A stretch of 32,000 nucleotides of DNA from Synechococcus sp. A15-24 (GTDB lineage: Bacteria > Cyanobacteriota > Cyanobacteriia > PCC-6307 > Cyanobiaceae): NCBI RefSeq assembly GCF_014280195.1, contig NZ_CP047960.1, forward strand, positions 810,001 to 842,000. Reading direction: 5' to 3'. The notes under the pieces were generated by a model. The model worked only from the letters and a program-made list of their open reading frames with translations. It had not been told where the DNA came from and did not search any database. The translations under genes and the position numbers were made by a program. This document shows, piece after piece, positions 23,490 through 32,000 of the stretch (the first letter of the stretch is position 1; the number at the start of each line of letters is the position of its first letter).

Positions 23490-23762
23490 ATGACGTCTCT
23501 CGACGATCCGGAATCCATCCGCCACTTCCAGTCCCTGTGTGATGCCTGCCAGGAGCTGACGACCCGCTATCACTCACCATCTGAGCTGCGGTTGTACGCA
23601 GACGGTTATCTTCATGCCCTGCGTCGCTGCGGCAGCCTGGATTCCCGCCAGCAGCACCGGTTGGAGCAATTGATCGACCGCTGGATCATGGATCCTTCCA
23701 GCTTCATTGGACCGGATGGGGACGTCAGCACCTTGTATCTGCGACGGCCCCAGGGGCACTGA
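23490..23762 (+). CDS. conserved hypothetical protein
   Basis: 90 aa with an ATG start: MTSLDDPESIRHFQSLCDACQELTTRYHSP... Confidence 0.55.
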   Translation: MTSLDDPESIRHFQSLCDACQELTTRYHSPSELRLYADGYLHALRRCGSLDSRQQHRLEQLIDRWIMDPSSFIGPDGDVSTLYLRRPQGH

Positions 23763-24086
23763 TCAGCTGGCGAGGGCAATCTCGAGCTTTTCCTTCAGTT
23801 CACCGGCGTTGTACATCTCGATCAGGATGTCGGAACCTCCGATGAATTCTCCGTTGACGTAAACCTGAGGAATCGTCGGCCAGCTGGAGAAGTCTTTGAT
23901 GCCCTGACGGATCTCCATATCGGAGAGCACATCAAAGGTTTCGAAGCTGACGCCCAGGGAGTGGAGAATCTGAACCACGTTGTTCGAGAAGCCGCACTGG
24001 GGCATCAACTTGCTGCCCTTCATGAACACAAAGATCGGGCTTGAGCCGATCAGGGCCTCAATGCGGGAGCGTGTGGAGTCGTCCAT
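23763..24086 (-). CDS. grxD: monothiol (CGFS) glutaredoxin, Grx4/GrxD type
   Basis: ATG 24086. SPIFVFMKGSKLMPQCGFSNNVVQIL...WPTIPQVYVNGEFIGGSDI. Confidence 0.9.
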   Translation of the reverse strand: MDDSTRSRIEALIGSSPIFVFMKGSKLMPQCGFSNNVVQILHSLGVSFETFDVLSDMEIRQGIKDFSSWPTIPQVYVNGEFIGGSDILIEMYNAGELKEKLEIALAS

Positions 24087-24093
24087 GGGAATG

Positions 24094-24342
24094 TCAGGGG
24101 CTGGGGGAATCTGCTGGGGTGGCGGTGGACAGGGCCAGGGCATGGATAGCTTCGCTGGCCAGTTCCTGTTGCAGTGCTCCGTAGACCAGTTGATGCTGGC
24201 GGATCCTGGACAGACCCTGGAAGGCCACAGACACCACACTCACCTGAAGATGGTCACCACTACCGGTGAGGTCCTCAACGGTCACCTTGGCATCGGGGAT
24301 GGAGCGCTGAATGGCGGCTTCAACGGCGTCCGGCTGAACCAT
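24094..24342 (-). CDS. bolA: BolA-family protein
   Basis: 82 aa. [31 protein letters not shown] fits BolA. It sits immediately upstream of the CGFS glutaredoxin, the classic BolA-Grx pairing. Confidence 0.85.
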   Translation of the reverse strand: MVQPDAVEAAIQRSIPDAKVTVEDLTGSGDHLQVSVVSVAFQGLSRIRQHQLVYGALQQELASEAIHALALSTATPADSPSP

Positions 24343-24393
24343 GGGAATTGAAGACCTGAACTAAGCGATGCTGACAGAAGGTGTTCGCGGGTG

Positions 24394-24924
24394 TCAGCTG
24401 CCGGCTGGAGCAGCCCCTTTGAATTCGGTGTCGACGAAGCCGAGTTCCAGCAGGCTCTGGTATGCCTTGCGGCCCTGGGGCTGTGCTGGAGTCATTAGCT
24501 TGACGACCTCCACCAGCACAGGAACGGCAATTTCCGGCTGATTCTGACGACGGAACAGCGCGGCAAGGCGCAGATCCGCTTCCGCCAGGAGTCTTAGGGC
24601 TTCACGGCCCTTGGTGTCCATTTCGCGGGGGATGCGGGCATCGAGACCGCGGAAGGCACCGCTCAGGTCGCGGTAGAAGGCCAGCAGCTGCTTGGACGCC
24701 TTGCGGGCATTGTCGTATTGCTGGCGCGCCTTGGTGAGATCTTCGGCTGCAGCGGCGGCATCGCCCCGGTTGATCATCGCCTGCACAGCCGCTGGATTGA
24801 ATCCATCCGACTTCTGGGCCAGAACGCGATCGCTGGATGCTGTCTCTTGAGCCACCACCGGCAGGCCAGCCAGGCCCAGGCTCGCCACCAGGGCCATGGC
24901 GGAGAGCAAGGAACGACAACCCAT
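24394..24924 (-). CDS. secreted helical hypothetical protein
   Basis: ATG 24924 gives the signal peptide MGCRSLLSAMALVASLGLAGLPVVAQE, followed by Ala/Arg-rich helices. Confidence 0.6.
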   Translation of the reverse strand: MGCRSLLSAMALVASLGLAGLPVVAQETASSDRVLAQKSDGFNPAAVQAMINRGDAAAAAEDLTKARQQYDNARKASKQLLAFYRDLSGAFRGLDARIPREMDTKGREALRLLAEADLRLAALFRRQNQPEIAVPVLVEVVKLMTPAQPQGRKAYQSLLELGFVDTEFKGAAPAGS

Positions 24925-24952
24925 GGGGCAAAGAAGTTTGAAGATGCGGACT

Positions 24953-25708
24953 TTATAAGAAGTACAAAGGTCTGCCCACTGCTGCACGGGCCGCTTGTTC
25001 AGCCGTATGCATCGCGCGGGCGAGGTCCTGATTGAACCGCAAACCGGACTCCCGTCCACCCGTTGTTGGAACATTCATCGGCTCTCCGAAGCAAAGCGCT
25101 GCCCTGCTGAATGGCCGAGGTGGTCTCTGGCCGTAGCCGATGCCAACGGGGACCACGGGAACGCTCAGCCCCTGCCGCTCGGCCAGCTGCACCAGACGAA
25201 CGAGCCCCTGATGCAGCCGGATCGGTCGATCCGTGCGTTGGATCTGCCCCTCAGGGAAGACCACCAGCTGCTGGCCAGCCGTCAGCAGATCAATGGCCAG
25301 CCGCAGGGTGGTCATCGATGGGCGCCGCTGATTCACCGGAAAACATCCGAGTCGCTGCAGGAACCAACCCTGAAGGCCACGCATCTCAGTGGTCGTCACC
25401 ATGAAGCGGCAATCCCGACCGGTGACCCGTCGTCCCGCTGCCATTGGCAGCATCAGGGCATCCCAGCGGGCCCGGTGGGTGGGGGCCAGCACCACAGGGC
25501 CGCTGTGGGGCAGATGTTGCGGATTCAGAACCAATCGCTCGCGGAATTGCAGCTTCAGTGCGATGTCCTGAGTGACCAGCATCGCCAGAGGGGCCCAGCG
25601 AGGGTCGATGCCCACCTGCAGTGTGGATTCACGGTTCGCCAGGGCCGCTGACAACAGGCTGAAAGCGCATTTGAGCGGAGCGAACCTAAAGCCAAGTCCG
25701 CCCTGCAT
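24953..25708 (-). CDS. plsC: 1-acyl-sn-glycerol-3-phosphate acyltransferase family
   Basis: APTHRARWD (HxxxxD) and VVFPEGQ (FPEG) acyltransferase motifs; 251 aa. Confidence 0.8.
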   Translation of the reverse strand: MQGGLGFRFAPLKCAFSLLSAALANRESTLQVGIDPRWAPLAMLVTQDIALKLQFRERLVLNPQHLPHSGPVVLAPTHRARWDALMLPMAAGRRVTGRDCRFMVTTTEMRGLQGWFLQRLGCFPVNQRRPSMTTLRLAIDLLTAGQQLVVFPEGQIQRTDRPIRLHQGLVRLVQLAERQGLSVPVVPVGIGYGQRPPRPFSRAALCFGEPMNVPTTGGRESGLRFNQDLARAMHTAEQAARAAVGRPLYFL

Positions 25709-25733
25709 AGGATCGGCTTAGACAGACGTTGGT

Positions 25734-26483
25734 ATGGCCAGCCTCGGGGTCAACATCGACCACATCGCCAACATCCGCCAGGCACGCCGGACGGTGGAAC
25801 CGGATCCTGTGCCCTTCGCCATGCTCGCCGAACTCGGCGGTGCCGATGGCATCACGGTTCATCTGCGGGAGGATCGACGCCACATCCAGGACCGTGATGT
25901 GCAGCTGCTGCGTCAGACGGTGCGCTCCCGTCTGAATCTGGAGATGGCAGCGACGCAGGAGATGGTGGAGATCGCCCTGGCCGTTGGACCGGACATGGTC
26001 ACCCTTGTGCCGGAAAAGCGTGAAGAGGTCACCACCGAGGGAGGGCTGGATGTGGCCGCGCAATTAAGCGTGCTGGCACCAATGGTGGAGCGGCTGCAGC
26101 AGCAAGGCATCCCCGTGAGCCTGTTCGTTGATGCTGAAACCAGCCAACTGGAGGCCTGCCGCAACAGCGGGGCCCGCTGGGTGGAACTGCACACCGGGAC
26201 CTACGCCGATGCGTCCTGGGCGGACCAGCACGGTGAGCTGGCACGCATCACGGAGGGGGCTGCCACAGCACGCCATCTGGGCCTTCGCGTCAACGCAGGC
26301 CATGGACTCACTTATCAGAACGTGGAACCGATTGCTGCGATTCCTGGGATGGAGGAATTGAACATCGGTCACACGATCGTGGCCCGTGCGGTTGCCGTCG
26401 GTCTGCAACAAGCGGTGCGCGAGATGAAGGCCTTGATCCAGAATCCCCGCCTGGATCCCCTGTTCGGACACGCGCTCGGATGA
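25734..26483 (+). CDS. pdxJ: pyridoxine 5'-phosphate synthase
   Basis: [64 protein letters not shown] and LNIGH; full-length PdxJ. Confidence 0.95.
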   Translation: MASLGVNIDHIANIRQARRTVEPDPVPFAMLAELGGADGITVHLREDRRHIQDRDVQLLRQTVRSRLNLEMAATQEMVEIALAVGPDMVTLVPEKREEVTTEGGLDVAAQLSVLAPMVERLQQQGIPVSLFVDAETSQLEACRNSGARWVELHTGTYADASWADQHGELARITEGAATARHLGLRVNAGHGLTYQNVEPIAAIPGMEELNIGHTIVARAVAVGLQQAVREMKALIQNPRLDPLFGHALG

Positions 26484-26803
26484 CTGCTTATCACTTCGCT
26501 GCTGCCAGCGAGCGGTTTCTGACCGTTGAAGAACCGTTGGAAGAAGTCCTGCGGGAACGTCGGCGCAACTACGAGGAGAACAGCAAAGCCATTGATTTCT
26601 GGTTGGTGCGTCAGCCCGCCTTTCTGGAAACCAACGAGCTGAGCGCCATCAACACCCAGCTGCCCAAACCGGCGGCGGCCGTAGTGTCAACCGATCCCAC
26701 CTTCATCACCTTCCTGAAGTTGCGATTGGAGTACGTCCTCGAGGGAAGCTTCGAGGCTCCCTCCGCAGCGATTCCCGATGCCCTGGCCAGCACCGCCGCA
26801 TGA
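26480..26803 (+). CDS. ycf54: Ycf54 (Mg-protoporphyrin monomethyl ester cyclase accessory protein)
   Basis: [19 protein letters not shown]...[13 protein letters not shown]...[25 protein letters not shown] closely follows my recollection of Synechocystis Ycf54. ATGA overlap with pdxJ. Confidence 0.85.
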   Translation: MTAYHFAAASERFLTVEEPLEEVLRERRRNYEENSKAIDFWLVRQPAFLETNELSAINTQLPKPAAAVVSTDPTFITFLKLRLEYVLEGSFEAPSAAIPDALASTAA

Positions 26804-27111
26804 ATCGGCAATCACTTCCGGTGAGTCAGAGGATTGCCCTGCTGGTGCAGGCCCTCGACGGTGCTGAAAAAACCAACAAAGCCCTTGCCACCTGTGCTGA
26901 TGGGGAGGCGATGGTTCAAATTCTGCTGGGTGCCTCCGCCAAGCTCGGCCTTGGTCTGACCCGGCGCGATCTGATGGAAACTCCGCCGATCCGGGACTGG
27001 ATCTGGTTCAAGAGCAACGATCCCCTTGTGACGGTGGGGGATGCCAAGCCCCGTTACCGCCAGGAATCCGTCGACGACAAACCCCGTCGCAAATTCCTCG
27101 GTCTGTTCTGA
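26800..27111 (+). CDS. hypothetical protein with a Nif11-like N-terminal domain (weak)
   Basis: RIALLVQALDGAEKTNKALATCADGEAMVQILLGASAKLGLGLTRRDL follows the Nif11 helical pattern. There is no GG cleavage site or Cys-rich core. Confidence 0.55.
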   Translation: MNRQSLPVSQRIALLVQALDGAEKTNKALATCADGEAMVQILLGASAKLGLGLTRRDLMETPPIRDWIWFKSNDPLVTVGDAKPRYRQESVDDKPRRKFLGLF

Positions 27112-27125
27112 CAGCTCTAGAACTG

Positions 27126-27797
27126 TTGATCAGACTTCCAACGACTCACGCTGATCTCGTGCAAGCCCCGCCTCTGCGCCACTGGGTGATTGGAGACGTG
27201 CACGGATGCCATGCCTCCCTGCTTGCACTGTTGGCGGTGCTGCCTTGCCAGGACAATCTGGTGTTCTGTGGAGATGTGGTCAGCCGTTGTGGTCGTATCG
27301 AGGCCAGCATGCATCTGGTCTGGGATCTGGTCTGTTGTGGACGGGCGACCTGGTTACGGGGCAATCACGAACAGGCTCTGATCGATGCTCTTTCGAAGGA
27401 TGGCGAGGGTTCACAACCAGCCCTGACCCGACAGTGGTGGCATCGACTTAACCAACTGCCGCTGCTGTATCGCGCTGACGGTTGGTGCGCGACCCATGCC
27501 GGCTTCAACAGTGCTGGTGAACCGGATCTGTCCATCCGCGAGCCGTTCTGGGATACCTATGACGGTCGCCATGGCCGCGTTGTGATTGGCCACACGCCGC
27601 GCCCTGCGGTGGAACGCCACCAGCGCATTGTTTTGATCGATACCGGAGCGGTGTACGGCGGCCTGCTCTCGGCCTACTGCCCGGAAACTGATGCGGTGGT
27701 GCAGGTGCAGGGCCCGCGCAGCCAGGAGCCGTTCCCACGACCCGTCGATCTGCAACGGGTCCCCGCCGTGATGAGTGGAGACCAGACCCGTTGCTGA
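27126..27797 (+). CDS. PPP-family metallophosphoesterase (ApaH/PrpE-like Ser/Thr phosphatase or diadenosine tetraphosphatase)
   Basis: VIGDVHGC, CGDVVSRCG, RGNHE, THAG and IGHTP appear in canonical order. There is no ATG before GDVHG; TTG 27126 is the track start. Confidence 0.8.
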   Translation: MIRLPTTHADLVQAPPLRHWVIGDVHGCHASLLALLAVLPCQDNLVFCGDVVSRCGRIEASMHLVWDLVCCGRATWLRGNHEQALIDALSKDGEGSQPALTRQWWHRLNQLPLLYRADGWCATHAGFNSAGEPDLSIREPFWDTYDGRHGRVVIGHTPRPAVERHQRIVLIDTGAVYGGLLSAYCPETDAVVQVQGPRSQEPFPRPVDLQRVPAVMSGDQTRC

Positions 27798-30700
27798 CGC
27801 TTTACCGCAGCAATCGGGCTGAATTCCTGGCCACCTTGCTGGCCCGTCAGTTGCTGGAGGAGCGACCGGACCCCTTCGAGACGGTGGAGGTGTTGGTGAA
27901 CACCTGGCCCACCAGTCGCTGGCTTGGCGAGCAGCTCGCCACGGCCAATGGCATCAGTTCGTTGGTGCGCTTTCCCTTTCCGGGCAGTCGCTTGCGGCAG
28001 CTGGTGCGACGGGTGCTCGACCTTCCCGATCAGGAGCAGGACCCCTGGCGGGCCACCTCCCTGGTGTGGGCTGTGCTGGAGCAGATGCCGGCCCTGTTGG
28101 AGCAGCCCGTTGCCCGACCGCTGCGGGTCTGGTTGCAGCAACGTGATGGTGCAGACGCTTCGGGGCTGAGCCGGGATCGTTGGCAGCTGGCTCGCGCCAT
28201 CGCCGATGCCTTTGACGACTACGCGCTATACCGGCCCGAAACCTTGTACAGCTGGATCCAGGGCCAGGGCAGCCGTGCTGCATCCGCAGAAACGGACTGG
28301 CAACCGTGGCTGGCCCGCCAGTTAGCGGCGTCTCTGCATCGCCAACCGTTCGGCTTGCAGGTGCAGTCCGCTGTGGAGCGGCTGCGGTCCGGCGCCGTGG
28401 ACCCCCAGGTGCTGCCAAAGGTGATCCGTCTGTTCGGCATCAGTGCCCTGGCGCCGGTGCAGGTGGAACTGATCCAGGCCCTCTCCGGCAGCACCGACGT
28501 TCAGGTGTATCTGCTCACCCCCTGCCGCGATCTCTGGCAGCGCTGCGGTAGCCGCCGTGAGCAGCTGGGGGCAACCTGGACAGAGCCTCCCGATGGGGGC
28601 TGGTTCCAGCAGGCACCGCGATTGGAAGCCACGCTCGGACGGATGGGGGCTGAATTCCAGCAGCTGCTGGAGGGCAGTGGCGACAGTCAGCTGGGGGAGG
28701 TGCGCGAGGGGGATCTGTTTGCCGATCCCGTCCGCATTGCTGAGGGGGACGGTCGCTCCGCCACGTTGCTGGAGCAGTTGCAGCAGCAGCTGGTGGAACC
28801 GGGCTGCCGTGAATCCCTGGAACGAGATCTTGACGACCGCTCGTTGTTGTTCCAGGCCGCACCAGGGCCATGGCGAGAGGTGCAACTGGTGCGCGATCAG
28901 GTGTTGCAGTGGTTGGCGGCCGATCCAGAGCTTGAGCCTCGGGATGTGTTGGTGATGACCCCGCAGATCGACCGCTATGCCCCACTCCTGAGCTCCGTGT
29001 TCAACGACCGTGATGCGATTGGAGTGGATCTGCCCTGGCGTCTCACCGATCGCAGCCAGCAGAGCACCCCTGGCCTGACGATGGTGATGCTGGAGTTGCT
29101 GGACCTGGCGTCAGGTCGCCTGACCGCCACTGGGCTGGAACGGTTGTTGGCCAATCCCGCCCTGCAGACGCAACAGGGTCTCAGTGGCACTGAGGCGTCT
29201 GCCTTGACCCGCTGCCTGCAGCGCACGGGCTTCCGCTGGGGGCTCGATGCCCGTGAGCGGGGCGGTGATGAGACCCACAGTCTCAGTTGGTGTCTGGATC
29301 GTTGGTTGCTGGGTCTGGCGCTGCCGCAACGGGATGGCCTTGCACCCGGCGGGGCGGCCCCGTTTCATCAGGATCTCGATCCGCAGCGGCTGGTGCGCTG
29401 GTGGAGCGTTCTGGATCGGCTGGTGCGCTGGTTGCAGCAGCTGCGACGACCACGGACCTCGACGGCCTGGGTGGAGTTGCTGCAGGCCGTGCTGGAGGAT
29501 CTCTTCGCTGACGGCGGCGCCTGGAGCTGGGAGCGTCAGGGTTGGTCTGCTGCCCTGGCGGAATGGCAGCAGCGGGCAGCCGCCTGCCCGCTTGAGCTCG
29601 AGGTGGCGGTGGCGGCTGAGGTGCTGGCGGAGGCCCTGTCGGTGGACAGTGGCCGCTTCGGGCATCGCAGTGGTGCGCTCACGGTGAGTGCGCTGGAGCC
29701 GATGCGGGCGATTCCTCACAAGGTGATCGTGTTGATGGGCCTCGACGACGGGGTGTTCCCCCGTGTGGACCAACGGCCTGGGTTCCATCTGTTGGAGCAG
29801 CGCCGCTGGCTGGGCGACCCGCGCGGGGGTGATCAGGACCGGTATGTGCTGCTGGAAGCGCTGATGTCCGCGCGGCGTCATCTGCTGATCAGTTGGTGCG
29901 GCCGCAATGAACACACTGGTGAGCCGCGGCCGGCTGCTGCTCCGGTGGAACAGTGGTTGCAGGACCTGACCCGGCAGCTGGGGGAAGAGGCCAGCGCGGG
30001 GCTGTGCATCGAGCCGGATCCCAACCCACTGGATCGCAGCAACTTTCAGGTTGCCGGCCATGGCCAGCCCCTCAGCTGTGATCGCCGCCAACTGGCGGCG
30101 CGACGCTGGCTGGACCAGCATCAGAGCCATGCTGCGAGGGCCGGCCTGGCTTGGCCGCTGCAGTGGAGTGCGCCGGACCCTGAGGTCACGATCGACCCAC
30201 GCAGCGATGAGGAGCTGTTGCAGTGGCTGGTGGACCCGCAGTCAGCCTGGCTGCGCCAGCTGGGCCTCCATCCAGCAGAGCGGGTGGATCCCGTGGAGGA
30301 TCTCGAGGCCTTGACGCTCAGCAGCCTGCTGCAGGCCCAGGTGTTGAATCAGGATCTGGAGGATCACCTGCTGGCGGCCGAGACGCCGGCATGGTGCGTG
30401 ACGTTGGCGGGCCAGGGGGTGTTTCCCCCCGCAGCAGGGGCTGAGCTGGAGGAGGGAATCCTCAGCCATCGACTCCAGGCGTTGCAGCTGCAGCTGGATC
30501 GGCTCGGACGTTGCAGCCACCAGGGAACGCTGCTGATGGCCGGCGACATTCAGGTGGTGGTTCAGCCCGGTCGCTTCACCCCCCGTGGTCTGATGCGGAG
30601 CTGGCTGCAGCACCTAAGGCTCTGCGCAGACGATGCTGTCTTCGGCGGGAGCGCCGTCATCGCTCGGGCAGACAAAGGCGATGACGCCAAGACCCATGTG

Positions 30701-31012
30701 CGTTGGGGACGTCTCGAACCTGCAGAGGCCCAGGCACAGCTGCTGACGCTGCAGCGGTTGGCTCAGCAGGGGCAGCATCAGTGCTGGCCGGTTCCCCCCA
30801 GAAGCGGCTGGCTGTTGATGAGCAGGGAGCACAACAAGGCCGGCAGCGGCGTCGCCGTCTTTCAAGACAGCTGGATCCTGGAGCGGCAGGACCCCCAGCA
30901 GCGGCTGTGCTTCGGCGCTGAAGCTGAGGCGGACCAGCTGTTGCAGAGCCAGGGCTTCGAGCAGGCGTGTGCGTTGCTCTACGAACCGATTCTGAAGGCC
31001 TTGGTGCACTGA
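27791..31012 (+). CDS. recC: exodeoxyribonuclease V gamma subunit RecC
   Basis: 1073 aa. The N-terminus MLTLYRSNRAEFLATLL...DPFETVEVLV parallels E. coli RecC MLRVYHSNRLDVL (recall). The TTG start overlaps the upstream gene by 7 nt. recB follows. Confidence 0.9.
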   Translation: MLTLYRSNRAEFLATLLARQLLEERPDPFETVEVLVNTWPTSRWLGEQLATANGISSLVRFPFPGSRLRQLVRRVLDLPDQEQDPWRATSLVWAVLEQMPALLEQPVARPLRVWLQQRDGADASGLSRDRWQLARAIADAFDDYALYRPETLYSWIQGQGSRAASAETDWQPWLARQLAASLHRQPFGLQVQSAVERLRSGAVDPQVLPKVIRLFGISALAPVQVELIQALSGSTDVQVYLLTPCRDLWQRCGSRREQLGATWTEPPDGGWFQQAPRLEATLGRMGAEFQQLLEGSGDSQLGEVREGDLFADPVRIAEGDGRSATLLEQLQQQLVEPGCRESLERDLDDRSLLFQAAPGPWREVQLVRDQVLQWLAADPELEPRDVLVMTPQIDRYAPLLSSVFNDRDAIGVDLPWRLTDRSQQSTPGLTMVMLELLDLASGRLTATGLERLLANPALQTQQGLSGTEASALTRCLQRTGFRWGLDARERGGDETHSLSWCLDRWLLGLALPQRDGLAPGGAAPFHQDLDPQRLVRWWSVLDRLVRWLQQLRRPRTSTAWVELLQAVLEDLFADGGAWSWERQGWSAALAEWQQRAAACPLELEVAVAAEVLAEALSVDSGRFGHRSGALTVSALEPMRAIPHKVIVLMGLDDGVFPRVDQRPGFHLLEQRRWLGDPRGGDQDRYVLLEALMSARRHLLISWCGRNEHTGEPRPAAAPVEQWLQDLTRQLGEEASAGLCIEPDPNPLDRSNFQVAGHGQPLSCDRRQLAARRWLDQHQSHAARAGLAWPLQWSAPDPEVTIDPRSDEELLQWLVDPQSAWLRQLGLHPAERVDPVEDLEALTLSSLLQAQVLNQDLEDHLLAAETPAWCVTLAGQGVFPPAAGAELEEGILSHRLQALQLQLDRLGRCSHQGTLLMAGDIQVVVQPGRFTPRGLMRSWLQHLRLCADDAVFGGSAVIARADKGDDAKTHVRWGRLEPAEAQAQLLTLQRLAQQGQHQCWPVPPRSGWLLMSREHNKAGSGVAVFQDSWILERQDPQQRLCFGAEAEADQLLQSQGFEQACALLYEPILKALVH

Positions 31013-31143
31013 AGACAAGGCAGGTTCGCTGCCGAAACGGGCCAACGACCTGCCTTTCGCATCCACCGTATGGAGATGGTTTCAACCGCGCCGTGGTGGC
31101 GACCGCGTTCACTGACCCTGTCAGGAATTCTGCACAGACTTGT

Positions 31144-31587
31144 TCATTCGGGTTTCAGTTCATCGAACAGCTGCTGCACCCGGTGCTCAAGCTGAGCGAT
31201 CGGATCGACGCCGTCCTCCTCACCGAGGTCTTTGACTATCCAGAAGCGGATTCTTTTCTCCCAGGCGGGGAACTGCTGCTGAACCATCGGGCGATGGGCC
31301 GCCTCATCAACAGCCACCACCACATCCGCAGCATCCAGGTCAGCTTCCGTGACCTGTTTTGGTGCGGCGAGGCTGGCTGGATCGACGGTCGCACCACGGT
31401 CCTGCAGGGCACTGATCGCCTCAGGCGCCATTGGACCGACGTTGCCACTGCTGGGATCCACCTTCAGCCCAGCAGAATCAACCTGCAGGCGTCCCGTTGC
31501 CTGGTTGATCTCGATCAGCTGCTGGAACAGCGCTTGCGAGAAACGACTACGGAAGTAGTTGCCGGTGCAGAGAAACAGGACGCGCAC
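31144..31587 (-). CDS. low-molecular-weight protein-tyrosine phosphatase family protein
   Basis: MRVLFLCTGNYFRSRF carries the CX5R(S) P-loop. 147 aa with no other Cys, so it is unlikely to be a thioredoxin-coupled ArsC. Confidence 0.8.
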   Translation of the reverse strand: MRVLFLCTGNYFRSRFSQALFQQLIEINQATGRLQVDSAGLKVDPSSGNVGPMAPEAISALQDRGATVDPASLAAPKQVTEADLDAADVVVAVDEAAHRPMVQQQFPAWEKRIRFWIVKDLGEEDGVDPIAQLEHRVQQLFDELKPE

Positions 31588-31593
31588 CGGGGG

Positions 31594-31776
31594 TCAGCCC
31601 CTGAAACTGTTGATCAGGGCAAAGCCGTACAACGCAACGATTGCGGCTCCCAACAATCCGATGGACGTGAGCTGGCGTGCCATGACGATGTGGTTCGGCA
31701 CCCTTGTTGTGACCCAGCTCAAAAACAGTGTCAATTGCGTTGCCGGATCGATGTTGGATCGCTCGTCGATGACCAT
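31594..31776 (-). CDS. possible small membrane peptide (start uncertain)
   Basis: Track ORF of 60 aa. The internal ATG at 31683 gives the 29-aa MARQLTSIGLLGAAIVALYGFALINSFRG with a single TM. The stop lies 6 nt upstream of the phosphatase ATG. Confidence 0.3.
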   Translation of the reverse strand: MVIDERSNIDPATQLTLFLSWVTTRVPNHIVMARQLTSIGLLGAAIVALYGFALINSFRG

Positions 31777-31793
31777 GGCCGGAGGGCAGCGCC

Positions 31794-32000
31794 ATGCGCT
31801 TTGACCCCAATCGCTACCCCCTCGACCCCGGTCTGCGGCTGTTGGAGGCGAGCGCCGGCACCGGCAAGACCTTTTCCCTGGCGCATCTGACCTTGCGACT
31901 GATCAGCGAGGCCGCCATGCCCTTGCCCAGTCTCCTGGTGGTGACCTTCACGGATGCGGCGGCAGCGGAATTGCGCTCCCGCATCGGTCAGCGTCTGCAG
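31794..32000 (+). CDS. recB: exodeoxyribonuclease V beta subunit RecB (N-terminal 69 codons; continues past the window end)
   Basis: Own translation from ATG 31794: MRFDPNRYPLDPGLRLLEASAGTGKTFSLAHLTLRLI...LLVVTFTDAAAAELRSRI. This gives the UvrD-type Walker A and motif Ia. It is open to the window end and not in the track. Confidence 0.85.
   Translation, partial: MRFDPNRYPLDPGLRLLEASAGTGKTFSLAHLTLRLISEAAMPLPSLLVVTFTDAAAAELRSRIGQRLQ

Noticed and set aside
31144-31587. The LMW-PTP-family protein read as an arsenate reductase (ArsC), which would link it to arsS.
   Set aside because: Only the P-loop Cys is present. The two additional Cys needed for the thioredoxin-coupled ArsC relay are absent, and it lies 27 kb from arsS.
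1-32000. A window-wide look for CRISPR arrays, rRNA, tmRNA, RNase P RNA and long inverted or direct repeats.
   Set aside because: No regularly spaced repeats or recognisable conserved RNA cores were seen by eye. The only tandem repeat is the coding 30-nt array at 4674-4883, and scattered GCGATCGC (HIP1) copies are ordinary for cyanobacteria.

Overview
GC-rich, very compact chromosomal window with about 50 protein genes, 2 tRNAs, short intergenic gaps and many 4-nt ATGA/TTGA start-stop overlaps. Gene content (psbY, ycf54, crtH, stpA-like, PaO-type Rieske oxygenase), several GCGATCGC (HIP1) copies and strong GC3 codon bias point to a marine Synechococcus-like picocyanobacterium. That is inference only; no search was run. 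Most genes are core housekeeping: trmFO, crtH, pdxJ, ycf54, plsC, bolA-grx, recC-recB, an HDAC-family deacetylase, a gamma-CA-like protein and two metallophosphoesterases. I saw no rRNA, CRISPR array, transposase, integrase or recognisable defence gene. Worth a second look: (1) next to a Fur-family regulator, two small proteins share a GCxGxHxMG..WMxCxxH module; one is secreted and His-tipped, the other is built of seven Met/Gly decapeptide repeats, and only an in-frame TGA separates them. (2) Two orphan response regulators (LuxR-type and OmpR-type) both lack the phospho-acceptor Asp and share the replacement motif PDLL..(T/A)E.LEQG. (3) The psbY gene encodes two PsbY-like transmembrane repeats. 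(4) A CDF transporter is split by an in-frame TAA, and a secreted-protein gene is split by a frameshift. (5) A lower-GC islet with poorly resolved ORFs sits next to tRNA-Pro. (6) An arsS radical-SAM gene has no arsM in this window and is preceded by an AT-rich, repeat-bearing intergenic region. (7) Two micro-ORFs encode single-TM peptides (one too short for the ORF track). Many genes appear to start at TTG/GTG, so several 5' ends are uncertain. All family assignments come from motif recognition and recall, not database searches.
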